Below are positions 1 through 9,990 of a stretch of 64,000 nucleotides of DNA, one piece after another. The position numbers were made by a program, and so were the translations under genes. The stretch's first letter is position 1, and each line of letters begins with the position of its first letter. This DNA is from Mycobacterium sp. (lineage in GTDB: Bacteria > Actinomycetota > Actinomycetes > Mycobacteriales > Mycobacteriaceae): NCBI GenBank assembly GCA_040509115.1, contig JBEVLO010000095.1; one strand, given 5' to 3'. Under the pieces are notes generated by a model. It ran no database searches. It saw nothing but the letters and a program-made list of their open reading frames with translations, and was not told the DNA's origin.

Positions 1-356
1 CGGCGCAGCTGATGGGTCTGAAGGCCGGCGGCGCCCGGGTGTCGGTGTACGTCATCAGCGGGTTCTGCGCGTCCCTGGCGGGGATTCTGTTGGCCACCCA
101 GAAGTTGTCGGGCTACAGCCTGAACGGAATCGGTCTCGAGCTCGACGCGATCGCTGCCGCCGTCATCGGTGGCGTGATCCTCGCCGGAGGCGTGGGGTTC
201 GTCGCGGGCGCGGTACTCGGCGTACTGGTACTCGGCACCATCGAAACCTTCGTCACCGCGGAGAACCTCGACTCCTACTGGACCCGCATCATGACGGGTG
301 GACTCCTGCTGGTGTTCGTACTGGTCCAGCGCGTGCTGGTGAGAAAGCCCAAATGA
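1..356 (+). CDS. Sugar ABC transporter permease (YjfF/RbsC-like), 5'-truncated by window edge
   Basis: C-terminal BPD_transp_2 pattern 'GIGLELDAIAAAVIGG..L.GG.G'; stop overlaps the LacI start. Confidence 0.85.
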   Translation, partial: AQLMGLKAGGARVSVYVISGFCASLAGILLATQKLSGYSLNGIGLELDAIAAAVIGGVILAGGVGFVAGAVLGVLVLGTIETFVTAENLDSYWTRIMTGGLLLVFVLVQRVLVRKPK

Positions 357-1381
357 GCCGCAACGATAATGGCTTCATGACGCGCAAGCCGGTAATGGCC
401 GACGTAGCCCGACTCGCCGGGGTGTCGCACCAGACGGTGTCACGGGTGATCAACGGATCCAACAGCATTCGTCCCGCCACGCGGGAGCGCGTCGAACATG
501 CCATCGCCCAGTTGGGGTACCGGCCCAACACCGCAGCGCGGGCGCTGGTGACCAACCGCTCCGGGATCATCGGCATCATCGGCAGCAACACCGCCCAGTA
601 CGGACCTTCGAGCATCCAGCGGTCGGTCGAGGAGGCGGCCCGCGAGGCGGGGTTCTTCTCCAGCACGGTGACGTTGGCGTCGGTCACCCACCAGGAGATA
701 CGCGGTGCCCTCGACCACCTGTCCAGACTGGCGGTGGAGGCGATCGTCATGATCGCCGCCCAGCAGGACGCACTGACCGCCGTCAGGACCGAGGACTTCG
801 GTGTCCCGGTGATCGTCGTCGAGGGCGATCTGTCCGGAACGGGATCGTCGGTCGGCGTCGATCAGGTCGGGGGTGCCCGCCGGGCCACCCAGCATCTGAT
901 CGACCTGGGGCACACCGCGATCGCCCACGTCAGTGGACCGCAGAACTGGCCGGAGGCGACCGCGCGCACCAAGGGTTACGTCGACGCCATGCTCGCGGCC
1001 AGGCTCCTTCCCCGTCCCGAGTACCACGGTGACTGGAGCGCGGCCTGCGGCTACCAGATCGGTGGCCAACTCGCCGCCCAGGACGAGATCACCGCCGTCT
1101 TCGTCGCCAACGATCAGATGGCGATCGGCATCCTGCACGCCCTCGCCGAAGCTGGCCGACGCGTGCCCGACGACGTGAGCGTGGTCGGATTCGACGACAT
1201 CCCCGAGGCGGGGTACCTCATTCCCGCGCTCACCACGGTCCGTCAGGACTTCGCGACCGTCGGCAACCAGGCCATTGCGCTGGTCACCGCACAGCTGTCG
1301 GGCACCGAGGTGAAGACTGCGCTATTGCCCGCCGACCTGGTGGTGCGCGCCAGCACCGCCGCGCCGCGCGAAAGGGGTTGA
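353..1381 (+). CDS. LacI-family transcriptional regulator
   Basis: HTH 'MADVARLAGVSHQTVSRVIN', hinge 'YRPNTAARAL', C-terminal 'VSVVGFDD...LTTVRQD'; start could be ATG 377. Confidence 0.95.
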   Translation: MSRNDNGFMTRKPVMADVARLAGVSHQTVSRVINGSNSIRPATRERVEHAIAQLGYRPNTAARALVTNRSGIIGIIGSNTAQYGPSSIQRSVEEAAREAGFFSSTVTLASVTHQEIRGALDHLSRLAVEAIVMIAAQQDALTAVRTEDFGVPVIVVEGDLSGTGSSVGVDQVGGARRATQHLIDLGHTAIAHVSGPQNWPEATARTKGYVDAMLAARLLPRPEYHGDWSAACGYQIGGQLAAQDEITAVFVANDQMAIGILHALAEAGRRVPDDVSVVGFDDIPEAGYLIPALTTVRQDFATVGNQAIALVTAQLSGTEVKTALLPADLVVRASTAAPRERG

Positions 1382-2049
1382 TCGACGCCATGTCTCAGCG
1401 GATTCTCGACGTCGATGGCATCCTCTTCGACAGTGACGGCGTCCTCGTCGACTCCCACGAGGCTGCCGCCCGCGCATGGAACACCTGGGCCAGCACGTGG
1501 TCCCCGGGTTTCGACTTCCACCGCGACGCCCAGCACGGTCGCAGGATGGCGGACGTGGTGGCCGACCTGGTCGGCGAACCCCACGCCGCCCACGCGGCGC
1601 AACTCCTCGGCGAGATGGAAATCGAACTCGGAACGCAGGTTCCGCCGATGCCGGGTGCCGTCGAACTGCTGTCGTCTAGCCCCGCGGGTCGCTGGGCGGT
1701 CGTCACCTCCGGTGGACGCGCCATGGCATCGGCCCGGCTGGTGTCCGCCGGCCTACCCGCACCCGGCGTGTTGATCTCGGCCGACGACGTGTCGGCGGGC
1801 AAACCGGCGCCCGACCCCTACCTTGCTGGCGCTCGTTCACTCGGGCTCGAACCGGAGTCGTGCGTCGTATTCGAGGACGCGCACCTCGGCATCGTGTCGG
1901 CACGCGCCGCGGGGGTGAAATACGTTGTCGGCGTTGGCCCTCAGACCATCGGTGACGACGTCGACGTCAGCGTCGCCGACCTGCGCGGCATCACGTTCGA
2001 CGGCTACCACCTGAGCATCCCCGCATCGGCGGTCCTCGTCGGCCCATGA
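1378..2049 (+). CDS. HAD-superfamily sugar phosphatase (YfbT-like)
   Basis: Motif I 'FDSDGVLVDS', motif III/IV 'GKPAPD...VFEDA'. Confidence 0.9.
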   Translation: MIDAMSQRILDVDGILFDSDGVLVDSHEAAARAWNTWASTWSPGFDFHRDAQHGRRMADVVADLVGEPHAAHAAQLLGEMEIELGTQVPPMPGAVELLSSSPAGRWAVVTSGGRAMASARLVSAGLPAPGVLISADDVSAGKPAPDPYLAGARSLGLEPESCVVFEDAHLGIVSARAAGVKYVVGVGPQTIGDDVDVSVADLRGITFDGYHLSIPASAVLVGP

Positions 2050-2144
2050 GGGTGGTCGTCCACGACCAGTACGAACTGACACTTCGGGATTCGGGTCGAT
2101 CGGCCCGCGCGGTGGTCGGCGTCGTGGGCGATCGGATACGACGA

Positions 2145-2170
2145 CGGCCGCCGGTGGTAACCGGCGGCCG
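2145..2170. terminator. GC-rich hairpin between convergent genes, probable bidirectional terminator
   Basis: Perfect 11-bp stem CGGCCGCCGGT-ggta-ACCGGCGGCCG. Confidence 0.65.
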
Positions 2171-2184
2171 CCATCGGTCTGGAG

Positions 2185-3435
2185 CTACCGCCCGCCCCTG
2201 CGCCTGTTGTAGACGTCGAACCCGACGGCGGCGAGCAGCACCAGGCCCTTGATCACCTGTTGGACGTCGCTTCCGATCCCGAGGATCGACATGCCGTTGT
2301 TGAGCACGCCGAGCACCAGTCCACCGACGATGGCGCCGACGACGGTGCCGACACCTCCGCTGGACGATGCGCCGCCGATGAACGCCGCGGCGATCGCCTC
2401 CAGCTCGAAGTTGACCCCGGCCTGCGGTGTCGCGGAGTTCAGCCGGGCGGCGAACAGCAATCCGGCGACCGCGGCGAGCATGCCCATGTTGACGAAGACC
2501 ATCAGCGTTACCCAGCGGTTCCGGATGCCGGAGAGACTGGCGGCCGCGGCGTTGCCGCCTACTGCGTAGACCTGACGGCCGAACACGCTGTTGCGCATCA
2601 GGAATGCGTAGACCAACGTCAGCACCACCAGGATGATCCCGACGATCGGAACGCCGCGGTAGCTGGCCAGCAATAGGGTCACCGCCCCGAGTGCGACGAC
2701 GATCCCCGCGCACTTCGCCACGAAGACGGGTGCCGCCGAAACCTGCTGCCCGTAGCGGGTCTGGGAGCGTCTCCGGCGGATCTGCACGATCACCGCAGCC
2801 ACCATGATGACGGCACCGAGGATCACCGTCGGCCAGTGGTAGAGCGCATCGGCGCCCCACTCGGGCAAGAACCCGCTGCTGACCTGTTCGAGTCCGGCGG
2901 GCATCGGGGCGATCGACTGCCCCTCGAGGAGGTACTGGGTGGCGCCGCGGAATACCAGCATGCCCGCCAGCGTGACGATGAACGACGGTATCCCCACGAA
3001 GGCGATCCAAAACCCGTGCCACGCACCGATCAATGCACCCAGCGCCACGCACAACACCACGGCCAGCAGCCAGGGCACGTCATTGCGGACCATCAGGACA
3101 CCCGACATGGCCCCGATGAAACCCGCCACCGAGCCCACCGAGAGATCGATGTGGCCGTTGATGATCACGATGACCATCCCGATGGCCAGGACCAGGATGT
3201 AGCCGTTCTGCTGAATGATGTTGGTGACGTTGAGCGGCTTCAGGAGAATGCCGCCGGTCCAGATCTGGAACAGCACCACGATGGCCAGCAGCGCAACGAC
3301 CATGCCGGACTGGCGGACATGGGACATCAGGAAGGTGGACAGCCGTTGCCGCAGACCTGGGGGCGTCGGCGGGTGGGGGGCACCGCGATGCGGCGCCTTG
3401 GGGTTCGGCGATGGCTGTTCGACGGTGGCGGTCAC
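2185..3435 (-). CDS. mmsB: Multiple monosaccharide ABC transporter permease (MmsB/GguB/XylH type)
   Basis: Hydrophobic; 'HIDLSVGS', 'FELEAIAAAFIGGAS'; in an operon with the ATPase and ChvE. Confidence 0.9.
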   Translation of the reverse strand: MTATVEQPSPNPKAPHRGAPHPPTPPGLRQRLSTFLMSHVRQSGMVVALLAIVVLFQIWTGGILLKPLNVTNIIQQNGYILVLAIGMVIVIINGHIDLSVGSVAGFIGAMSGVLMVRNDVPWLLAVVLCVALGALIGAWHGFWIAFVGIPSFIVTLAGMLVFRGATQYLLEGQSIAPMPAGLEQVSSGFLPEWGADALYHWPTVILGAVIMVAAVIVQIRRRRSQTRYGQQVSAAPVFVAKCAGIVVALGAVTLLLASYRGVPIVGIILVVLTLVYAFLMRNSVFGRQVYAVGGNAAAASLSGIRNRWVTLMVFVNMGMLAAVAGLLFAARLNSATPQAGVNFELEAIAAAFIGGASSSGGVGTVVGAIVGGLVLGVLNNGMSILGIGSDVQQVIKGLVLLAAVGFDVYNRRRGGR

Positions 3436-4974
3436 TCAGGCACGCCCTTTCATCATGTACCGCATGAGGGTCTCCTGCGTTGCGTCTTCACGGGCCACCT
3501 CACCGGTGAGCTTGCCCTGGGCCAAGGTGTAGATCCGATCGCACAGCCCCAGGAGCTCGGGCAGTTCCGACGAGATGACGATGACGGCCTTCCCGCGGGC
3601 GGCGAGTTCGTTGATGATGGTGTAGATCTCGTATTTCGCGCCGACGTCGATGCCGCGGGTCGGCTCGTCGAGGATCAGTACGTCGGGGTCGGTGAAGAGC
3701 CACTTGCTCAGGACTACCTTCTGCTGGTTGCCGCCAGAGAGCTTGCCCGTCACCACCGAGGCCGACGCCGACTTGATGCCCATCGACGAGCGGAACCGCT
3801 CGCCGACACTGGCTTCTTCGTGATGGTCGATCACCGACCGTCTGCTGACCTTCGAGAGCGAGGCCAGCGAGATGCTCTGCGCGATGGTGTCCATCAGGTT
3901 CAGGCCGAGTTGCTTGCGGTCCTCGGTGGCGTAGGCGATCCCGTTGCTGATGGCCTCGGAGACGGTCTTGGTACTGATCTCCTTCTCGCCCTTGAAGACC
4001 CGACCCTCGACGTACCTACCGTAGGTGCGTCCGAAGACGCTCATGGCGAGCTCGGTGCGGCCTGCGCCCATCAGTCCGGCGATGCCGACGATCTCACCCG
4101 CGCGTACGTTGAGCGAGACGTCGTCGACGACCCTGCGATGTTGATCGATGGGATGCAGCACGCTCCAGTTGGCCACCGCGAACGCAACGTCGCCGATGTC
4201 GTGGTTCTCGCGGGGCGGGAAGCGGTGGGTCAGATCGCGTCCGACCATCCCTCGGACGATGCGATCCTCGTTGAGTTGGTCGTCGACGGCGATCGTCTCG
4301 ATCGTGCGGCCGTCCCGCAGGATGGTGATCGAGTCGGCCACCTCCATCACCTCGTTGAGCTTGTGGGAGATGATGATCGAGGTGATGCCGTGGGTGCGCA
4401 GGTCGGCGATCAGACCGAGCAGGTGACGACTGTCCGAATCGTTCAGTGCGGCAGTGGGTTCGTCGAGGATCAGCAGCCGGACGTCCTTGGCCAGGGCCTT
4501 GGCGATCTCGACGAGTTGCTGCTTGCCCACTCCGATGTCGGCGACCCGGGTCTGGGGGCTCTCGTGCAATCCGACTCGGTCCAGCAGGGCCTGTGCCTCG
4601 GTGAGGGTCTTGTCCCAGTCGATCACCCCGTACCGGTTGATCTCGTTGCCGAGGAAGACGTTCTCGGCGATGGAGAGATACGGCACCAACGCGAGCTCCT
4701 GATGAATGATCGCAATGCCACATCGCTCGCTGGACCGAATGTCCTTGAACTCGCAGAGGTCGCCGTCGAAGAGGATCTCGCCGTCGTAGCTCCCGTGCGG
4801 GTAGACGCCACTGAGGATCTTCATCAACGTCGACTTGCCTGCGCCGTTCTCCCCGCAGATGGCGTGGATCTCACCGGTGGGCACCGTCAGGTCGACGTCC
4901 GAAAGCGCCTTGACGCCGGGGAATTCCTTGGTGATGCCCCGCATTTCGAGAAGGGTTGACGTCGTTGCGCTCAC
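3436..4974 (-). CDS. mmsA: Multiple monosaccharide ABC transporter ATP-binding protein (MmsA/GguA)
   Basis: Two ABC domains; 'GENGAGKST', 'LSGGNQQKV', '[15 protein letters not shown]'. Confidence 0.93.
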   Translation of the reverse strand: MSATTSTLLEMRGITKEFPGVKALSDVDLTVPTGEIHAICGENGAGKSTLMKILSGVYPHGSYDGEILFDGDLCEFKDIRSSERCGIAIIHQELALVPYLSIAENVFLGNEINRYGVIDWDKTLTEAQALLDRVGLHESPQTRVADIGVGKQQLVEIAKALAKDVRLLILDEPTAALNDSDSRHLLGLIADLRTHGITSIIISHKLNEVMEVADSITILRDGRTIETIAVDDQLNEDRIVRGMVGRDLTHRFPPRENHDIGDVAFAVANWSVLHPIDQHRRVVDDVSLNVRAGEIVGIAGLMGAGRTELAMSVFGRTYGRYVEGRVFKGEKEISTKTVSEAISNGIAYATEDRKQLGLNLMDTIAQSISLASLSKVSRRSVIDHHEEASVGERFRSSMGIKSASASVVTGKLSGGNQQKVVLSKWLFTDPDVLILDEPTRGIDVGAKYEIYTIINELAARGKAVIVISSELPELLGLCDRIYTLAQGKLTGEVAREDATQETLMRYMMKGRA

Positions 4975-6071
4975 TGCACCTGCTCTTCGGTGTAGTACCC
5001 CGAGTCGATCAGTGCCTTCTGGTAGTTGGACTTGTCGACGCTGACCGGCTGCAGCAGGTACGACGGCACGACCTTGACGCCGTTGTCGTAGGTGTCGGTG
5101 TCGTTGACCTCCGGGGTGCCACCGGTGATGACGGCGTTGGCCTCCTGGACCGCGGCCTTGGCCAGTTCGCGGGTGTCCTTGAAGACGGTCTGCGTCTGCT
5201 CCCCGGCCACGATCGACTTGACCGAGGCCAGCTCGGCATCCTGACCCGTCACGATCGGCAGCGGCTTGGCGGCGTTTCCGTAGCCGGCACTCTTCAGTGC
5301 GGAGATGACGCCGCGGGAGATGCCGTCGTACGGCGAGAGCACGGCGTCGACGCGGGCGGTGGTGTACGCCTGGCTGAGCAGGTTGTCCATCCGGGACTGC
5401 GCCAGTCCGCCGTCCCAGCGCAGGGTGGCGATCTGATCGAAGGAGGTCTGTCCGCTCTTGACGACGAGCTTGCCGCTGTCGAGGTAGGGCTGCAGCACGC
5501 TCATGGCGCCGTCGAAGAAGAACGTCGCGTTGTTGTCGTCGGGTGAGCCGGCAAACAGCTCGATGTTGAACGGACCCTTTCCGTTGGCCACTCCGAGCGT
5601 GTCGACGATGTACTGAGCCTGCAGCACACCGACTTTGAAGTTGTCGAACGTCGCGTAGTAGTCGACGTTGGGCGTTCCCTTGATCAATCTGTCGTAGCTG
5701 ATCACCGGAATCTTGAGGTCCGCGGCGTGCTGCAGCGTATTGGTCAGCGACGACCCGTCGATCGGCGCTATGACCAGGAGTTTGACGCCCTTGGTGATCA
5801 TGTTCTCGATCTGCGACACCTGGTTCTGGACGACGTCGTCGCCGTACTGGAGATCGGTGTCGTAGCCCAGTGCCTTGAATTGGTCGACCATGTTCTGTCC
5901 GTCGGCGACCCAGCGCTCCGACGACTTGGTCGGCATGGCGATCCCGATGGTGCCCTTCGCGTCGCCGCCATCACCACCGCCCCCTGCGGAGTCGGTCGAC
6001 CGTCCGCAGCCGGCCAACACCAGCGCGGTCAATAGGAACAGCAGAGCGGTGAGACGGGTGAACTTCCGCAT
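4971..6071 (-). CDS. chvE: Sugar ABC substrate-binding lipoprotein (ChvE type)
   Basis: Start placed at ATG 6071 after a GAGGAGG RBS; lipobox 'VLAGC'; '[15 protein letters not shown]' ChvE signature. Confidence 0.9.
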   Translation of the reverse strand: MRKFTRLTALLFLLTALVLAGCGRSTDSAGGGGDGGDAKGTIGIAMPTKSSERWVADGQNMVDQFKALGYDTDLQYGDDVVQNQVSQIENMITKGVKLLVIAPIDGSSLTNTLQHAADLKIPVISYDRLIKGTPNVDYYATFDNFKVGVLQAQYIVDTLGVANGKGPFNIELFAGSPDDNNATFFFDGAMSVLQPYLDSGKLVVKSGQTSFDQIATLRWDGGLAQSRMDNLLSQAYTTARVDAVLSPYDGISRGVISALKSAGYGNAAKPLPIVTGQDAELASVKSIVAGEQTQTVFKDTRELAKAAVQEANAVITGGTPEVNDTDTYDNGVKVVPSYLLQPVSVDKSNYQKALIDSGYYTEEQVQ

Positions 6072-6142
6072 CGAAACCTCCTCGGTGAATGGCGCACGCT
6101 CGACGGGCTCCGCGGCGACGGTGGTCCTCGTCGGCAGCACGG

Positions 6143-6158
6143 ATGTGAGCGTTAACAT
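6143..6158. promoter_or_regulatory. LacI-type operator 1 (ATGTGAGCGTTAACAT)
   Basis: Near-palindrome resembling the LacI consensus TGTGAGCGCTCACA; upstream of chvE; near-copy at 6321. Confidence 0.7.
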
Positions 6159-6170
6159 GACGGCTTCAGT

Positions 6171-6186
6171 ATGTGAGGCGGCTCAC
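6171..6186. promoter_or_regulatory. Possible LacI-type operator 2 (ATGTGAGGCGGCTCAC)
   Basis: GTGAG/CTCAC inverted arms with longer spacing; 28 bp from operator 1. Confidence 0.4.
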
Positions 6187-6320
6187 TATCTTGTCAATCA
6201 GGTCTGCGGCGACATCACCCAAAGAGGTTCCTGAACAGGTTGATAGCCGACCGATCACTTTTCGATCCAGATGGCGTGGCCCCCGTGGGCCGCAGCGCCG
6301 CCGACCGATCTCATCTGTCG

Positions 6321-6336
6321 TTGTGAGCATTAACAT
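6321..6336. promoter_or_regulatory. LacI-type operator 3 (TTGTGAGCATTAACAT)
   Basis: 14/16 identical to operator 1. Confidence 0.6.
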
Positions 6337-6528
6337 TCAGGCGCCAGCAATGCGCTGGCGGACCGCTCCGGTCGCACGCCACGCCACCTCCGGCCGCGAG
6401 ATCAGCCCGGTGACGGCCGCCCGTGGGGCCCGCGTCGAGCGTAGGAAGACCCGGCGATGGCAAGGCAGGGGTGGGCATACGCTGATGCCGACGCAGATTC
6501 GACCGGTGCCCAGACGAGGAGCAGACGA

Positions 6529-8322
6529 ATGAAGTCCACCCTGTTGTCCCGACGCGACCTCGACTTCCTGCTGTACGAATGGCTCCGAGTGGAGGACCTG
6601 ACGAAGCGGGACCGGTTCGCCGAACACTCCCGCGAGACGTTCGACGGCGTTCTCGACCTCAGCGAGGAGTTGGCCGAGAAGTACTTCGCCCCGCACAACA
6701 AGAAGAGTGACGCCAACGAGCCCACCTTCGACGGCACCCGCGTCACCGTCATCGCCGAGGTCAAGGAGGCGATCGATGCGTTCGCGCAGGCCGACCTCAT
6801 CGGCGCCAGCATGGACGAGTCCCTCGGCGGCGCCCAGCTGCCAGCGTGCGTGGCGCAGGCCGGATTCGCGTACGTCTCGGCGGCCAACGTCAGCACGTCT
6901 GGCTATCTGATGCTCACGGTCGCCAATGCCAATCTCATCGCCAAGTTCGGCGACGACGAGCAGATCGAGGCATTCGTCAAGCCGATGCTCGCCGGGCGGT
7001 TCACCGGAACGATGGCGCTCTCGGAGACACAGGCCGGTTCGTCTCTCGCTGACATCCTCACCCGAGCCGAACCCCGCGATGACGGTACCTACCGCCTGTT
7101 CGGTTCGAAGATGTGGATCTCGGGCGCCGAACACGAACTCAGCGACAACATCGTGAACCTGGTGCTGGCCAAGATCCCCGGTGGGCCGCCGGGCACCAAG
7201 GGCATCTCGCTATTCATCGTGCCGAAGTACCTCAGCGGCCCAGATGGCGCCAATGGCCCCGTCGGCGAACGCAACGACGTCACCCTGGCGGGGCTGAATC
7301 ACAAGATGGGGCAACGGGGAATCACCAACACCGTGCTCAACTTCGGGGAGGGCGTCCACTCGCCGGGCGGTGAGGCGGGTGCCGTCGGCTATCTGGTCGG
7401 CGAGCCACACCGCGGTCTGACGTACATGTTCCACATGATGAACGAGGCCCGACTCGCGGTGGGGATGGGTGCGGTGTCACTCGGCTACACCGGGTACCTC
7501 AAGTCCGTCGCATATGCCCGCGAGCGGCCGCAGGGCAGGTTGGTCAAGGACCCGTCGACGCCGCAGGTGCCAATCGTCGAGCATACCGACGTCAAGCGGA
7601 TGCTGTTGGCGCAGAAGGCCTACGTCGAGGGCGGTCTGGCGCTGGCACTGTATTGCACCAGGCTCATCGACCTGCAGCGCTGCCCGGAATCCGCGGAAGA
7701 GGCCGAGTACGTCACCCATCTGCTCGACATCCTGGTGCCCGTCGCGAAGAGTTGGCCGTCGCAGTGGTGTCTCGAGGCCAACAGCCTGGCGATCCAGGTG
7801 CACGGCGGCTACGGATACACCCGAGAATACGACGTCGAGCAGCATTACCGGGACAACCGGCTGAACCCGATCCACGAAGGTACTCACGGCATCCAGAGCC
7901 TCGATCTGCTGGGCCGCAAGGTCACTCAACACGGCGGGGCCAGCCTCGTCGAGCTGGGCAAGGCCGTCGCCGCGACGGTCGAACAGGCCACCGCCGACGA
8001 GTCCGCAGCCCTTGCCGCTCAACTGGATTCGTCGTTCCAACGGCTCGTCGAGGTGACCGCCGCGATGTTCGCCACCGGTGACGTCGAGGCGGCCTTGGCC
8101 AACAGCGCCATCTACCTGGAAGCCTTCGGACACATCGTGATGGCCTGGATCTGGCTCGAGCAGTACCTGGTCGCCGAGGGCCAGTCGGGGGACTTCTACG
8201 ACGGCAAGCGGCAGGCGGCCCGCTATTTCTTCCGCTACGAATTGCCCAGGACTGCACCGCAACTCGACCTGCTGGCCGGTCTGGACCGGACGACGATGGA
8301 GATGCGTGACGCCTGGTTCTAG
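6529..8322 (+). CDS. Acyl-CoA dehydrogenase (about 600-aa long-chain type)
   Basis: 'GTMALSETQAGS', 'GSKMWISG', 'IQVHGGYGY...PIHEGT'; start at ATG 6529 after GAGGAG. Confidence 0.93.
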   Translation: MKSTLLSRRDLDFLLYEWLRVEDLTKRDRFAEHSRETFDGVLDLSEELAEKYFAPHNKKSDANEPTFDGTRVTVIAEVKEAIDAFAQADLIGASMDESLGGAQLPACVAQAGFAYVSAANVSTSGYLMLTVANANLIAKFGDDEQIEAFVKPMLAGRFTGTMALSETQAGSSLADILTRAEPRDDGTYRLFGSKMWISGAEHELSDNIVNLVLAKIPGGPPGTKGISLFIVPKYLSGPDGANGPVGERNDVTLAGLNHKMGQRGITNTVLNFGEGVHSPGGEAGAVGYLVGEPHRGLTYMFHMMNEARLAVGMGAVSLGYTGYLKSVAYARERPQGRLVKDPSTPQVPIVEHTDVKRMLLAQKAYVEGGLALALYCTRLIDLQRCPESAEEAEYVTHLLDILVPVAKSWPSQWCLEANSLAIQVHGGYGYTREYDVEQHYRDNRLNPIHEGTHGIQSLDLLGRKVTQHGGASLVELGKAVAATVEQATADESAALAAQLDSSFQRLVEVTAAMFATGDVEAALANSAIYLEAFGHIVMAWIWLEQYLVAEGQSGDFYDGKRQAARYFFRYELPRTAPQLDLLAGLDRTTMEMRDAWF

Positions 8323-8331
8323 CCCCTCCGC

Positions 8332-8380
8332 GATTTCGGCGCGCTCCCGTTCGCTCAGTGAACGTTTACGCGCCCAAATC
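8332..8380. repeat. REP-like bipartite hairpin / terminator between convergent genes
   Basis: Outer stem GATTTCGGCGCG/CGCGCCCAAATC (11/12) and inner stem CGTTC/GAACG. Confidence 0.6.
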
Positions 8381-8381
8381 A

Positions 8382-9482
8382 CTAGTCGAAGTCGATGATC
8401 TGCCGCACCGCGTGGCCGTCGGCGAGTTGATCCATCCCCTCGTTGATCTGATCCAGCCCGATCGTCGCCGACACCAGCGACTCCACCGGAAGTCGACCCG
8501 CCCGCCACATCGCCACGAAGCGGGGGATGTCCCTGGCTGGCACGGCCGATCCGAGATAGCTGCCGATGAGCGACCGCCCCTCGGCCACGAAACCCAAGGG
8601 CGACAATGTGATCCGCGCGTCGGGATGGGGGAGGCCGACCGTCACGGTGCGACCGCCTGGCGCGGTGAGCGCGATGGCCGTCTCCAGCGCCGCGGGATGC
8701 CCCGCCGCCTCGATGACGATCCGCGCCTTGAGGCCGCCGCTCTGCTCCGGTGTGACGGCGGCGTGCGCGCCGAGCTCGGTCGCCCGCGCGAGCTTGTCGG
8801 GCAGCTGGTCGACCGCGATCACCTCGACGTCGTCGTGCGCCAATGCCGTGAGAAGCGCCGCCATGCCAACGCCGCCCATGCCAACCACGGCGACGGTGTC
8901 ACCCGGCCGCGGTTGTCCCGCGTTGAGCACCGCACCTCCGCCGGTCAGCACCGCGCATCCCAGCAGCGATGCCACGACGGGCGGGACGTCGTCGTCCACC
9001 GCCACCACCGATCGACGGTCGACGACGGCGTGGGTGGCGAACGCCGAGACGCCGAGGTGGTGCAGGACCGGACCGCCGTCGGTGGACAGGCGCGTCCCAC
9101 CCGCCAGCAGGACTCCCTCGCCGTTCGCCGCGCTTCCCGGAATGCATGGGGCCAACCCATCGGTGGCGCAGGCCGAGCACTCGCCGCAGCGAGGCAGGAA
9201 CGTCATCACGATGCGCTGCCCGACGGCGACGTCGTCCACCCCGGCGCCGACCCGTTCGACGATGCCTGCCGCCTCGTGCCCCAGCAGCATCGGCACCGGC
9301 CTGACGCGAGAGCCGTTCACCACGGACAGATCCGAGTGGCACAGCCCGGCGGCTTCGATGCGGACCAGGAGCTCGCCGTCGCCGGGCGGCTCGAGCTCGA
9401 GGTCGACGATCGTCAGCGGCTTGGATTCGGCGTAGCGGGGCGGTGCCCCAATACGGTCGAGGACGGCTCCACGGATCTTCAC
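8382..9482 (-). CDS. Zinc-dependent alcohol dehydrogenase (Rv0162c/AdhE1-like)
   Basis: 'GLCHSD', 'LGHEAAG', 'CGECSAC..C' structural Zn site, 'GMGGVG'; start GTG 9482 (VKIRGAVL). Confidence 0.9.
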   Translation of the reverse strand: MKIRGAVLDRIGAPPRYAESKPLTIVDLELEPPGDGELLVRIEAAGLCHSDLSVVNGSRVRPVPMLLGHEAAGIVERVGAGVDDVAVGQRIVMTFLPRCGECSACATDGLAPCIPGSAANGEGVLLAGGTRLSTDGGPVLHHLGVSAFATHAVVDRRSVVAVDDDVPPVVASLLGCAVLTGGGAVLNAGQPRPGDTVAVVGMGGVGMAALLTALAHDDVEVIAVDQLPDKLARATELGAHAAVTPEQSGGLKARIVIEAAGHPAALETAIALTAPGGRTVTVGLPHPDARITLSPLGFVAEGRSLIGSYLGSAVPARDIPRFVAMWRAGRLPVESLVSATIGLDQINEGMDQLADGHAVRQIIDFD

Positions 9483-9522
9483 ACGACCAGCTTGCCAGTG
9501 CCTGGCCTGGAAGACTTGCCCG

Positions 9523-9990
9523 ATGACCATCGACGAACGGAAGCTGACCTCCCTCGACTTCCCCGTGCACTGGCCGGTGCTCACGCGGTGGGCCGACAAC
9601 GACATGTTCGGCCACCTCAACAACGCCGTTTACTACGAGCTGTTCGACACGGCGATCAACGCCTGGATCAACACCACCACCGGCGTCGACCCCGTCACCG
9701 CGCCGTGGCTGGGCGTCGTCGCGGAGTCGGGCTGCCGGTTCTTCGCCGAGCTGCAGTTCCCCGATCCGCTGGTCGTCGGACTGGCCGTGACCCGGCTGGG
9801 GAACAGCAGTGTCACCTACCGACTGTCGATGTTCAACGGTGTCGAGCCGTCCCAGGATGACGGGTCTCCGGTCGCCGCGGTGGGGCATTGGGTGCACGTC
9901 TACGTCGACAGGACCACGCGGCGGCCGGTCCCGATCCCCGACGCCGTCCGCACACTGCTGACGACCGCGCGCGCCACCGAGCGTTACTGA
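9523..9990 (+). CDS. Acyl-CoA thioesterase, hotdog/4HBT fold (Rv0163-like)
   Basis: 'RWADNDMFGHLNNAVYY' 4HBT motif. Confidence 0.9.
   Translation: MTIDERKLTSLDFPVHWPVLTRWADNDMFGHLNNAVYYELFDTAINAWINTTTGVDPVTAPWLGVVAESGCRFFAELQFPDPLVVGLAVTRLGNSSVTYRLSMFNGVEPSQDDGSPVAAVGHWVHVYVDRTTRRPVPIPDAVRTLLTTARATERY

Noticed and set aside
2836-4959. Long antisense ORFs (for example 2836-4959 +, 21369-23105 -, 55822-57729 -, 60060-61799 -, 58868-60220 -)
   Set aside because: They are shadow frames of well-supported genes, as expected from high-GC codon bias; no recognisable motifs.
5814-6530. Upstream extensions of ORF-track starts (chvE 6158, ACAD 6457, adh 9623, mce1R 12204, sigG 36447, copC 62507, lactonase 50072)
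   Set aside because: The extensions cross promoters, operators or other genes; RBS or -10 evidence and family N-termini support the shorter starts given.
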